Origin: Candidatus Sabulitectum sp.
GTDB lineage: Bacteria; Fermentibacterota; Fermentibacteria; Fermentibacterales; JCC-6
Length of the DNA stretch: 64,000 nucleotides
Assembly: GCA_029938555.1 (NCBI GenBank)
Contig: JAOZUR010000007.1
Span: forward strand, 1,581 to 65,580
Direction of reading: 5' to 3'
Shown: positions 27,600-36,438 of the stretch, piece by piece
How positions within the stretch are numbered: the first letter of the stretch is position 1
How the letters are laid out: the number at the start of each line of letters is the position of its first letter
Program-made: the position numbers and the translations under genes
Notes under the pieces: generated by a model
Seen by the model: the letters and a program-made list of their open reading frames with translations, nothing else
What the model was told of the DNA's origin: nothing
The model's database searches: none

Positions 27600-27794
27600 T
27601 TGGGTAAAATTGGAACCACTGAGCTTATTTTGATTCTTGTGGTGCTTCTTTTACTGTTCGGAGCAAAAAGAATTCCTGATATTGCACGATCAGTAGGGAA
27701 ATCTTTGAATCAGTTTAAAATCGGTTTAAAAGAAATTGATATTGATGAGAAGAAATCAGAAGAGAAAAAAGAGCGGAACGAGGGTGATTCTTAA
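27600..27794 (+). CDS. tatA: twin-arginine translocase subunit TatA/E
   Basis: GKIGTTELILILVVLLLLFGAKRIPDIARSVGKSLNQFK. I place the start at the TTG at 27600, preceded by GGGGGG. The ORF-track start at 27537 lies inside the previous gene. Confidence 0.8.
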   Translation: MGKIGTTELILILVVLLLLFGAKRIPDIARSVGKSLNQFKIGLKEIDIDEKKSEEKKERNEGDS

Positions 27795-28396
27795 TGGCAA
27801 CTGTTAGCTACAGCGCAAAAGAAATCGATTGTAAAATAGTGTATGCAGGGCCTGGGTTATCTGGAAAAACTACAAATGTAAAACATATTCACGGTCAAGT
27901 TGATTCGGATTCAAGAGGGAAATTAATCTCTTTGGCCGCAGGCAATGATAGAACTTTGTTTTTTGATTTCTTGCCTCTTGATTCCGGCGAGATAAACGGT
28001 TTTAAAATCCGTCTTCACCTTTACAGTGTACCAGGCCAGGCCATGTACTCCGATAGCCGAAGATTGATACTTCAAGGTGTTGATGGTATAGTTTTCGTTG
28101 CAGATTCCCAGGAAACAAGAATGGATGCTAACATTGCCAGTTTGAGAGATCTTAAGGAAAACCTTCGTAGCCAAAGAAGGAAAGGTGTTAGCCTTGTTCT
28201 TCAATGCAATAAGAGGGATCTTCCTGATGCTATTCCTGTGGCAGAAATGGTTAAGGAACTTGGTTTATCTCGGGTTGCATGCATTGAGGCGGTTGCTTCT
28301 GATGGGAAAGGTGTTTTTGAAACTTTGCGCCGAGTGAGTCGTATGGTGATTGGACGGTTACATAAACAATTTGAAATACTGGAAGGACAAGCCTGA
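27794..28396 (+). CDS. MglA-family small Ras-like GTPase (paralog 1)
   Basis: KIVYAGPGLSGKTTN (G1), DRTLFFDFLP (intrinsic Arg region), LHLYSVPGQ (G3 with Ser/Thr in place of Asp, as in MglA), FVADSQ and CNKRDLPDA (G4). The TAATG junction with tatA is an overlap. Confidence 0.85.
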   Translation: MATVSYSAKEIDCKIVYAGPGLSGKTTNVKHIHGQVDSDSRGKLISLAAGNDRTLFFDFLPLDSGEINGFKIRLHLYSVPGQAMYSDSRRLILQGVDGIVFVADSQETRMDANIASLRDLKENLRSQRRKGVSLVLQCNKRDLPDAIPVAEMVKELGLSRVACIEAVASDGKGVFETLRRVSRMVIGRLHKQFEILEGQA

Positions 28397-29853
28397 TGTC
28401 TGATTCTTTCGTTGACTTGCTGCTTGTAAGATTAGGTAGAGAAGAAGAAAAAAAGAAAGTTATGAAACTTTTGATTACTAATTTGGATCTGTCTGTTAAA
28501 GAAGCTGAAGACGCTGTAAGTAACTCACCATCTGTGATTAAAGAAGCAGTATCAATGAACGAAGCTAGAATTATACAGAAGGATATGTACCCATATATTG
28601 ATCTTCTTCCAAGGCTCGAGGAGGAGCCTGTTAACGAGAGTTCAGACTCAATACCTCAACCTGCAGTTAATGAACCTGAGCTTTCTGAAACTGTGGTTCC
28701 GGAAGATGACATTGCCAATGAATTTGAAGAGCACGATGATGTTGATATTGATGTTGAAGTTGATAACAATATTGATGATGATGATGATGACGATCCCATT
28801 ATTATTACCTCTGCAAGTGAAGAGATAGTTTCTGCCACTAGATGTCATATATGTGGGAGAACTCCTTCAGATGATCAGCGTCTTGCTCCATGCCGCACCT
28901 GTGGAGACTTAACCTGTAGAGACTGTTTTGACAGGGTTGCACATGTATGCAATCACTGTGCTAATAAAGGTAAAACGGTAGACAAAGCTAATGAAGGAAT
29001 GGAATCTGAATCAGAAACCGGTTTGGAATTCGATACTGATGAAGTTACCCAAGATATTGTCAACAAAAAAAGTGGAGTTGTAAGAAGCATCTTGGTTGTT
29101 CTGTTTATTGTTGTTCTTGCTGGTTTGTTCTATTTTATTGATCCCATGGGTCTTTTTTCCGGTAATCAGCTTGCTGGTTTTTTCCAGTCCGAAGAAGTAT
29201 CCGCAGTGGTTGATACAACCTCTGTTGATTCTGTCTTTATTCAAGATTCTATTCTTTCAGATACTACAGCTACCCTTGAAATCACCGGTGATTCAACAGA
29301 GATAACACCGGATTCAATTTCTACTTCAGTTGACCTAGTTATTGATGTGGATCCCTATGGGGTTCTTTCGCTTTCTACTTCTGATAGTTTAATATCTGAA
29401 GAAGATGTGTTATCAATTAATTATCAAACCAGAAGACCAAGATCACTTTCCGAAGTAATTATTCCTTCAGAGGAAAGTGAGATTTTATTTGAGCAGGTCA
29501 GTGTAATTGCTTCAGCTATTCCTGTCATGGTAGACGATGGTGTATTTTTGGTTTATCAGGATACTACAAGTATACTTGTCCTTGCAATTTTGCATCCAGT
29601 TGAAATGGATACTCGAATGGAGCTAATGCGGAATGTGGCTGCTATGCTTATCCAGACTGAAATAGACCAGCTTGTAATTGTTTACAAGGAAGATCGTTTT
29701 CAGCAGGTAAATCATTTCAGTCTCGTTCAAGAGTCTTTTTCCAGTGTTCAAGGTATTTTGAATCCAAGGCAATTCCAGGGTTTTTTAAGTACCCGTGTAA
29801 ATTGCTGGGAATTAATCAGTGGCCCTGTAACCCAGTGGCTTTCTTCCGAATAG
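28396..29853 (+). CDS. hypothetical single-pass membrane protein: L7/L12-CTD-like N-terminus, poly-acidic linker, 8-Cys zinc-ribbon cluster, TM, ~235-aa extracytoplasmic domain
   Basis: The TGATG junction with the GTPase gene is an overlap. Residues 24-63 (LLITNLDLSVKEAEDAVSNSPSVIKEAVSMNEARIIQKDM) parallel the L7/L12 C-terminal TGLGLKEAKDLVE.AP..LKEGVSK.DAE.LKK.L. The cysteine spacing is C150-x2-C-x12-C-x2-C-x4-C-x2-C-x7-C-x2-C. The TM segment is SILVVLFIVVLAGLFYFI. Confidence 0.6.
   Translation: MSDSFVDLLLVRLGREEEKKKVMKLLITNLDLSVKEAEDAVSNSPSVIKEAVSMNEARIIQKDMYPYIDLLPRLEEEPVNESSDSIPQPAVNEPELSETVVPEDDIANEFEEHDDVDIDVEVDNNIDDDDDDDPIIITSASEEIVSATRCHICGRTPSDDQRLAPCRTCGDLTCRDCFDRVAHVCNHCANKGKTVDKANEGMESESETGLEFDTDEVTQDIVNKKSGVVRSILVVLFIVVLAGLFYFIDPMGLFSGNQLAGFFQSEEVSAVVDTTSVDSVFIQDSILSDTTATLEITGDSTEITPDSISTSVDLVIDVDPYGVLSLSTSDSLISEEDVLSINYQTRRPRSLSEVIIPSEESEILFEQVSVIASAIPVMVDDGVFLVYQDTTSILVLAILHPVEMDTRMELMRNVAAMLIQTEIDQLVIVYKEDRFQQVNHFSLVQESFSSVQGILNPRQFQGFLSTRVNCWELISGPVTQWLSSE
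28735..28794 (+). repeat. GAT/GAW-rich low-complexity coding tract (Asp-rich DDVDIDVEVDNNIDDDDDDD)
   Basis: Read directly from the sequence: gatgatgttgatattgatgttgaagttgataacaatattgatgatgatgatgatgacgat. Confidence 0.7.
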
Positions 29854-29886
29854 TAATCTTTTAAGTAAAATAGGAGTTCATTGTAA

Positions 29887-32079
29887 ATGTCTAAAGCTGC
29901 TAGCAAAAAACTTGTTATCATAGAATCACCTGCCAAGGCAAAAGTTTTAAAGAGTTATCTTGGTAAGGGTTGGGATGTTGTGGCTTCCTATGGTCATGTA
30001 AGAGATCTTCCTTTGAATCGTATTGGTGTAAACAGTGAATCTCTTGAGCCTACATATACTGTTCTGCCTAAGAAAAGAACTGTAGTAGCAAAACTTAAGA
30101 AGGTTGCGTCGGCTTATGATGAAATTTACCTAGCAGCAGATCCTGATCGTGAAGGAGAGGCAATTTGCTGGCATATTTATATGTTGTTACAAGCCAAAGA
30201 TAAATCCTTCAAACGAATTAGATTTAACTCAATAACAAGAGATGCTATAAAAGCTGCTTCAGCAGCAGCTACTGAAATTGATATGGATCTTGTTGACGCC
30301 CAACAGGCAAGACGAGTGATGGATCGATTAGTTGGTTATAAAATAAGTCCTTATTTGTGGAGAACTGTGGGCAAAGGCCTTAGTGCAGGAAGAGTTCAAA
30401 CAGTGGCTCTTAGGTTGATTGTGGAACGAGAAAGGGCTATCCTTAGTTTTGTACCAAAAGAGTACTGGCCAATCATTGCAGACTTTGAACAGAACGGTTC
30501 AAGGTTTCAGACCAAACTTTTTAAGTTTAAAGGCAAAAGAGCTGATGGTGATAAGTATTCTCCACCTACCAAGGAAAAAGCCGACAATGTACTTCACATT
30601 AGCAAACAGGCCGAGTGGAAGATTAGTTCTGTTGACGAAAAAAATAAGTTAAGAAAACCTGGTCCACCTTTTATCACAAGTTCTTTACAAGTTACTGCTT
30701 CAGGCAGACTTTCCATGTCACCCTCTGTAACTATGCGCATTGCTCAGGATCTTTATGAAGGGTTTGAAATCGACGGTGAAACTACAGGTCTTATCACATA
30801 TATGCGTACAGATTCTGTAAGAATAGAACCGCCAGCCATTGAAAGTTGTCGCGAATTTATCACGAATAAATGGGGGCAAGAAAGTCTGGTTCCAAAAGTT
30901 AGACGCTTCCGTTCAAGCGGTGGCGCCCAAGATGCCCATGAAGCAATAAGACCTACTGATGTAAAACGAACTCCTGAGCTTATGAAGAGTATTCTTGATC
31001 CCCGCCATCTTAAGCTTTATACCATGATATGGAATCGTTTTGTTGCCACTCAGATGGTTGACGCTGTTATTGCTGAAACAGTAGTTCTTGTGGAAGGTTC
31101 TGATGTTGTTTTTAAAGCGGCAGGACAGAAAATAGTAACTGCAGGTTTTTCAGTGGTGGATCCAGCCCAGTTAAAAGTAACAAGTGAAATACCAGCCCTT
31201 GTTACTGGGGATGTTGATCTGATAAATCTCTCAGCTGAACAAAAATTCACAAAACCCCTTTCCCGATATTCTGAAGCAGCACTAGTTTCGGAAATGAAGA
31301 AAAAAGCCATAGGCAGACCATCTACTTATGTATCAATTATCGCTACATTAAAAAAACGTACATATGTAGAGTTGAAGGATAAGAAATTATGGCCTTCAGA
31401 GGTTGGAATAGTTACCACAGATCTTCTTGTTCGACTTTTCCCTCATATTTTTAATGTTGGTTTTACAGCTGAACTTGAAGACTTACTTGATCTGGTAGCT
31501 TCAGGTAAGAAAAGTTATAAAGATGCAGTTTCTCAGCTTTATACACCTTTGGCTGCTTCTTTAGAAGATGCAATGAGACGCCTTCCAGAGATTAAAGCTG
31601 GCATGATTAAAGAAACGGAAGAAAAATGCCCACTTTGCGGTAAAATGCTTTTAGAAAAAATGGGAAAATTTGGTAAATTCTTAGCATGCAGTGGTTTTCC
31701 TTCGTGTCGTTATACCAGACCATTAAATGAACCGGCAGAAGGTGTAATTTCTGATGTATTGTGTTCAAAGTGTAAAAAAAACATGCTTCTTAGACAGGGA
31801 AGATACGGTAGATACCTTGCTTGCTCTGATCCTAAATGTGATTTTACTCAGCCGGTTCCAGTGGGAGTTAAATGTCCTGTTGAAGGTTGTATCGGTGAGC
31901 TGGTAGAGAAAACATCAAGAAAAGGCAAGTTGTTTTATTCCTGTAGTAGATATCCTGATTGCAGTTATGCTATGTGGAACAAACCTATAAACAGAGAATG
32001 TCCTCGATGTGGTTTTCCTTTGCTGGAAGAGAGAAAGAAAGGTGTGTTCTGTCCCAGTTGCAAAAAGATGATAGACTGA
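29887..32079 (+). CDS. topA: DNA topoisomerase I (type IA) with four C-terminal zinc-ribbon motifs
   Basis: Toprim region LVIIESPAKAK...ADPDREGE, active-site region GLITYMRTDS, and C-terminal CPLCG...CSGFPSCRY, CSKCK...CSDPKCDF, CPVEGC...CSRYPDCSY and CPRCG...CPSCKK. Confidence 0.95.
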   Translation: MSKAASKKLVIIESPAKAKVLKSYLGKGWDVVASYGHVRDLPLNRIGVNSESLEPTYTVLPKKRTVVAKLKKVASAYDEIYLAADPDREGEAICWHIYMLLQAKDKSFKRIRFNSITRDAIKAASAAATEIDMDLVDAQQARRVMDRLVGYKISPYLWRTVGKGLSAGRVQTVALRLIVERERAILSFVPKEYWPIIADFEQNGSRFQTKLFKFKGKRADGDKYSPPTKEKADNVLHISKQAEWKISSVDEKNKLRKPGPPFITSSLQVTASGRLSMSPSVTMRIAQDLYEGFEIDGETTGLITYMRTDSVRIEPPAIESCREFITNKWGQESLVPKVRRFRSSGGAQDAHEAIRPTDVKRTPELMKSILDPRHLKLYTMIWNRFVATQMVDAVIAETVVLVEGSDVVFKAAGQKIVTAGFSVVDPAQLKVTSEIPALVTGDVDLINLSAEQKFTKPLSRYSEAALVSEMKKKAIGRPSTYVSIIATLKKRTYVELKDKKLWPSEVGIVTTDLLVRLFPHIFNVGFTAELEDLLDLVASGKKSYKDAVSQLYTPLAASLEDAMRRLPEIKAGMIKETEEKCPLCGKMLLEKMGKFGKFLACSGFPSCRYTRPLNEPAEGVISDVLCSKCKKNMLLRQGRYGRYLACSDPKCDFTQPVPVGVKCPVEGCIGELVEKTSRKGKLFYSCSRYPDCSYAMWNKPINRECPRCGFPLLEERKKGVFCPSCKKMID

Positions 32080-32948
32080 TTCTTGAATCATTCAGAGATG
32101 AACTGCTTTGGGGCAGAGGACTTTCTACTCTCACCGTGAAAGCTTATGTCTCACAGCTTAATGATTTTTGTTTAGTCACCGGTTCTCTTGGTTCTGATTT
32201 TAATATAACTACTTTACGAGAGTATTTAATGAAGAGAGCTTTAGGTGGTTTATCACCAAGATCCATATCGCGAATGATTAGCTGTTTTCATACATTTTCA
32301 AAATGGCTTGTGGAAACAGGAAGGTCAGAGATTGATCATTCTCAGTTACTTCAGCCACCTAAAGTACCGGTGAGTTTGCCAGGTTTTTTGGGTATCAGTG
32401 AGGTGAAAAGTGTTCTTGGTGCTTTTGACCTGTCCACAACCAAGGGGCTCCGTGACAGGGCTATTGTAGAGCTTCTTTACGGTGCAGGCCTAAGAGCGGC
32501 AGAAGCTGCATCTCTTCTGCAGGTAGATACTAACATTATTGGTAATTCTGTTAAAGTCATGGGCAAAGGACGCAGGGAACGAATTGTTCCAATACCAGTT
32601 GGTACCACTAAATATCTAGCTGAATGGATAAAAAAACGACCCGAATTTGCTTTTGATGCTGGTTCAGTTACTCTTTTTGTTAGCGTGAGAGGTCGAAAGC
32701 TTGACCCGAGAGATATAAGGCGTATTGTTTCAGCAGGCGTGGCCGGTGCTGCACGGGCGGCTGGAGCTACACCACATACATTCAGGCACAGTTTTGCCAC
32801 CCATCTTTTGAATAAAGGAGCTGACATTAGAACAGTTCAGGAACTACTTGGGCACGCAGGGATAGGAACAACACAGATATATACACACCTTTCTACAGAA
32901 AAATTGAAAGGTGTTTACATGCAGTCACACCCCAGGGGGAAAAAGTGA
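32058..32948 (+). CDS. tyrosine site-specific recombinase, XerC/XerD family
   Basis: LSTLTVKAYVSQL (SAM-like N-domain), RDRAIVELLYGAGLRAAE, and HTFRHSFATHLL.KGADIRTVQELLGH....TTQIYTH (R-H-R-H-Y catalytic set). The start is inferred to be the TTG at 32058; the ORF-track start at 31959 lies inside topA. Confidence 0.8.
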   Translation: MQKDDRLILESFRDELLWGRGLSTLTVKAYVSQLNDFCLVTGSLGSDFNITTLREYLMKRALGGLSPRSISRMISCFHTFSKWLVETGRSEIDHSQLLQPPKVPVSLPGFLGISEVKSVLGAFDLSTTKGLRDRAIVELLYGAGLRAAEAASLLQVDTNIIGNSVKVMGKGRRERIVPIPVGTTKYLAEWIKKRPEFAFDAGSVTLFVSVRGRKLDPRDIRRIVSAGVAGAARAAGATPHTFRHSFATHLLNKGADIRTVQELLGHAGIGTTQIYTHLSTEKLKGVYMQSHPRGKK

Positions 32949-35896
32949 AGATTAAAAGTGTATTTACAGCTGACAGGCTTGTGGCAATCGCTGCAGCTTT
33001 TGCTGCTTTTCTGGTTTATGTAATTACTCTTGCACCATCGGTGAGTTTCTGGGACAGTGGTGAATACATTACTTGTTCCTGGGTGGTTGGCATTCCGCAT
33101 CCGCCAGGAGTTCCTTTTTTCGTTCTTCTTGGAAGGGTAAGTACTCTCATTTTTGGTTTTATTCCATCAATAGCTGCGCGAGTTAACTTGATGTGCGCAC
33201 TTGCTGGAACTGTTACAATTGGTCTTGTTGCAAGGCTTATTCAAAGATGGAGTATAAGACTTAATTATGAGCCGTGGTTGTATAGGCCTGTATCGGTTGC
33301 TGGGGCTCTTATGGCTGCTTTCAGTTACACAGTATGGAGAAACAATAATGCCACGGAAACTTATGCCATGGCTGCACTTTTATCTCTTCTGATTTTATGG
33401 GTTTTTGATATGTGGATAGAAAAACGGCTGGAAGGAAAACCTGCAGGCAGGCAATTGCTTCTTACCGGATATCTTATGACACTTGCTATTGGTAATCACC
33501 TGAGTGCACTTATTGTAACTTTGCCTATTTTCTCAATGTATGTGCTTTATGCTTTCAGAAAAAAAGCTCATGAATGGAAATCACCTAGTTTTCTTGTGGT
33601 TCTTTTAAGTCTGATGATTCTTGCTTTCAGTATTCATCTGTATATGCCTCTTCGAGCTATTCAGAATCCTGAAATTAATGAAACAAATCCATCGGTATGG
33701 ACAGAATTTAAAGAGGCTCTTGAAAGAAAACAGTATGGTCAAGTTTCTATCTTCAGCAGAAAAGGACCATTCCAGGATCAGCTGGGGTTGTTTGCAGAAT
33801 ATCTATCCTGGCAGGTGGGAAGACCTGAAGCTTGGACAGGTTCCATGGGCACCGGCGGCGGCGTGGCGTGGGCTTTCCTCTGGATGGGTACTGCGATTCT
33901 GGCAGTGACAGGCCTTGTTGTTATAGGTATGAGGCGTAAAGATCTGCTTCTTATTATAGGGTTATCGTTTATTATGGCAAGTCTTGCGTTTGTGGTTTAT
34001 CTGAATTTTAAAACAGGTCCGGAAGGAACTGCACTTGGTGAAGTGCGAGAGCGAGATTATTTCTTTGGAGCTTCATTCATATTTTTCTCAATTTTATCAA
34101 TGATCGGATTAGGCTCTCTCTTTGCTTCTGCCAAGGGTAAATTCGCCAGGAAAGCCACATGGCTTATGCTTCTTTTTCCCATGATTCCGTTGACAATGAA
34201 CTGGCACCATTGTGACAGATCAGGTGATTACGTTGCAAGGGATTATGGAATAAACTTGCTACAATCGTGCCCTGAAAATGCAGTGATTATCACCAATGGA
34301 GATAATGACACATTCCCACTGTGGTTTGCGCAAGGTGTATTAGGCGTAAGAAGAGATGTTATTATCTCTAATCTCAGTCTTATGAATACAAAGTGGTATG
34401 TGCAGCAACTTCTTATTAAGGACCCAGAGTTGTTAAGTTATGCCGACTCTACAGTTTCCAGCATGCAACCTGTGTTTATCTGGGGACCAAACTTTTTTCA
34501 TGTGTCTATTGATGGTTTACCGGAAACCAAACAAATTGACAGGCAAATACTTGACGATACTTTCAATAACCAGTGGCCATGGGCCTATACTGAAGGTAAC
34601 ATGAGTATTCCTGTGCCTTCAATGGGAAGAGGAAGTCAAGGGTCTGTACCTATGCAGGATCTTCTTCTTATTGATATGATAAGTCGCAAAGCCATTCATG
34701 GCAGGGAAATAATGATTGCCGGTACAGTTTCCGGGGCTAATAGATTGTATGTTGAAGATTATCTTCAGATGCAGGGAATTTCTTTCCAAGTTATGGATGA
34801 ACCTGTTCGCATGGAAGTGAGCACGGAATTGGGTTGGCCTTTGGCAGAGCAATTCTTAACCACAGGTTTAACTGATCCAGGAGTTTTTAAAGATGATCAA
34901 GCGATTCAGATTGCCAGAAACTATGTAAGTGCTTATAACAGATTGGCATATCAATACATGGCCGAAGGTAATACCGAAATGGTAGAAATCTGTTTAAACC
35001 GCTCAGAGGAACTTTTTTCTGCAATGCCAGTTGAATGGCTTTCAATTATGCCCAGTTTTGTCCTTTTAAAAGCTCGATTTACCCATGGAAGTCAAGGAGC
35101 TGAAGCTGCAATTGCTTATGTTGCAGAAGCAACAACATATATGGATAGCATGGCAGTTGTTACGAATAATCAAACTGTGGCAGCAGCAGCAGCGCAATTA
35201 ACAGCTGTTGCAAGAGAGTTTGAGCAGGAAGTAGCTTTTGACGGTGTAATTGATATTATCAGTGATGGATCACCAGCCCAAGAGTGGATGAGAATAGAAA
35301 AAGATCTTTCTTTTGGCAATTATATAGCAGCAAGACGAGTTCTTCTTGAACTGCATGAACAGTGGCCTAATGAGCATGAAGCTCTTTTAAGTCTTATGGA
35401 TGCAACTGTTAACCGTTATACTATATTCAGCCCTGTTAACAGTGGATTAAGCATAATCGATTCAGCTCTTGCATCAATTTTTAACCACACTAATCAATCC
35501 AGTGCTACAATTGAGTGGAATGAAGATGTTTCAGCGGCTTCAGTTATTGTTGAAATGGTGGGGCTTGCCTCTCGCGGGGGAGTTATGTCTGCTGTTTCCC
35601 TTGGGAATACCATTGCTTCTGTTATAGAATCTGATTCAGAGTTTGAGGCACAGATTCTTCTAGATTTATGTCAAGAGTTCGTTACATACCCAGAACAGGC
35701 AGAAGAGTTATCCCTTTGGTTCCTTTTATCAACAGGAACATTTTCACCAGAGGTTAGAGCTCTTAGTCTTGCAGATAATCAATTCTCAGGTTTTTGTTAT
35801 GCAATTTTAGTTAATGATCTTGGAATAGACGAAGAGAATGCGATTTTGCTTTCTAAGAGCCGATCAAGTCTTGCAGAATTGCTGGAGGAAAAATGA
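32945..35896 (+). CDS. DUF2723 (TMEM260-like, GT-C-type) large membrane protein with ~500-aa C-terminal soluble region
   Basis: The N-terminal loop FWDSGEYITCSWVVGIPHPPGVPFFVLLGR is the hallmark DUF2723 motif. About 11 TM segments follow. The C-terminal half is helical and repeat-like. GTGA-coupled start. Confidence 0.7.
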   Translation: MKIKSVFTADRLVAIAAAFAAFLVYVITLAPSVSFWDSGEYITCSWVVGIPHPPGVPFFVLLGRVSTLIFGFIPSIAARVNLMCALAGTVTIGLVARLIQRWSIRLNYEPWLYRPVSVAGALMAAFSYTVWRNNNATETYAMAALLSLLILWVFDMWIEKRLEGKPAGRQLLLTGYLMTLAIGNHLSALIVTLPIFSMYVLYAFRKKAHEWKSPSFLVVLLSLMILAFSIHLYMPLRAIQNPEINETNPSVWTEFKEALERKQYGQVSIFSRKGPFQDQLGLFAEYLSWQVGRPEAWTGSMGTGGGVAWAFLWMGTAILAVTGLVVIGMRRKDLLLIIGLSFIMASLAFVVYLNFKTGPEGTALGEVRERDYFFGASFIFFSILSMIGLGSLFASAKGKFARKATWLMLLFPMIPLTMNWHHCDRSGDYVARDYGINLLQSCPENAVIITNGDNDTFPLWFAQGVLGVRRDVIISNLSLMNTKWYVQQLLIKDPELLSYADSTVSSMQPVFIWGPNFFHVSIDGLPETKQIDRQILDDTFNNQWPWAYTEGNMSIPVPSMGRGSQGSVPMQDLLLIDMISRKAIHGREIMIAGTVSGANRLYVEDYLQMQGISFQVMDEPVRMEVSTELGWPLAEQFLTTGLTDPGVFKDDQAIQIARNYVSAYNRLAYQYMAEGNTEMVEICLNRSEELFSAMPVEWLSIMPSFVLLKARFTHGSQGAEAAIAYVAEATTYMDSMAVVTNNQTVAAAAAQLTAVAREFEQEVAFDGVIDIISDGSPAQEWMRIEKDLSFGNYIAARRVLLELHEQWPNEHEALLSLMDATVNRYTIFSPVNSGLSIIDSALASIFNHTNQSSATIEWNEDVSAASVIVEMVGLASRGGVMSAVSLGNTIASVIESDSEFEAQILLDLCQEFVTYPEQAEELSLWFLLSTGTFSPEVRALSLADNQFSGFCYAILVNDLGIDEENAILLSKSRSSLAELLEEK

Positions 35897-36438
35897 AATT
35901 TAGATCAACAACAGTTATTGGAATAGTAAAAGATGGTAAAGCTGCAATGGCTGCGGATGGCCAGGTCACTCTTGGTGACACCATTATGAAAATGAGTGCA
36001 AAAAAGTTACGAAAACTTTGTGGTGGCACTGTGCTCGTAGGTTTTTCAGGAGCTGGTGCTGATGCTTTTACACTTGTTGAAAGGTTAGAAGAAAAATTGG
36101 AAGCATTTAGAGGCAATCTTCCAAGAGCCGCAGTTGCACTGGCAAAAGAATGGAGATCTGATAAGTATCTTCGAGAGCTTAATGCAATGCTTGCTGCGGT
36201 AGATAACACTCATGCGCTTATTATTAGTGGTTCTGGTGAGGTTGTTGAATCTCCAGATGGCATCGTATCTGTTGGCTCAGGATCTCCTTATGCAATATCT
36301 GCAGCCAGAGCTTTGATGAAGCATACAAGAATGGGTCCTCTTAAGGTTGCAAAGGAATCTATTTCCATTGCAAGTGATATTTGCATTTATACCGGTGGCG
36401 AGCTTCAGTGGGAGGAAGTATGCGAACAGCAAAAATAA
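35893..36438 (+). CDS. hslV: ATP-dependent protease subunit HslV
   Basis: TTVIGIVKDGKAAMAADGQVT (N-terminal Thr nucleophile after Met processing) and GSGSPYAISAARAL. Confidence 0.95.
   Translation: MKFRSTTVIGIVKDGKAAMAADGQVTLGDTIMKMSAKKLRKLCGGTVLVGFSGAGADAFTLVERLEEKLEAFRGNLPRAAVALAKEWRSDKYLRELNAMLAAVDNTHALIISGSGEVVESPDGIVSVGSGSPYAISAARALMKHTRMGPLKVAKESISIASDICIYTGGELQWEEVCEQQK

Noticed and set aside
29400-29853. C-terminal domain of the 485-aa protein, considered as a hidden MglB/roadblock-like GAP domain (...VMVDDGVFLVYQDTTSILVLAIL...).
   Set aside because: It lies after the single TM helix of a protein with no signal peptide, so it is predicted to be extracytoplasmic and could not reach the cytoplasmic GTPase. 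The resemblance is only a generic beta-strand pattern.
31959-32057. 5' extension of the xer recombinase ORF into topA. Analogous ORF-track extensions occur at 12956-13021 (queE), 13969-13983 (folE2), 20153-20167 (hpf), 27537-27599 (tatA), 36381-36419 (hslU), 51658-51738 (polA), 54332-54403 (sulfatase-like), 56202-56276 (ferredoxin) and 60098-60169 (hypothetical).
   Set aside because: The extensions add residues absent from the known N-termini of these families and lie inside the upstream gene. Internal starts with ATGA-type overlaps or Shine-Dalgarno sequences fit better.
32058-32948. Tyrosine recombinase, considered as an integrase marking a genomic island or mobile element.
   Set aside because: Its length and motifs fit chromosomal XerC/XerD. 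It is overlapped on both sides by housekeeping genes (topA and DUF2723-hslVU) and lies 11 kb from the AT-rich island. No flanking repeats or tRNA target were seen.
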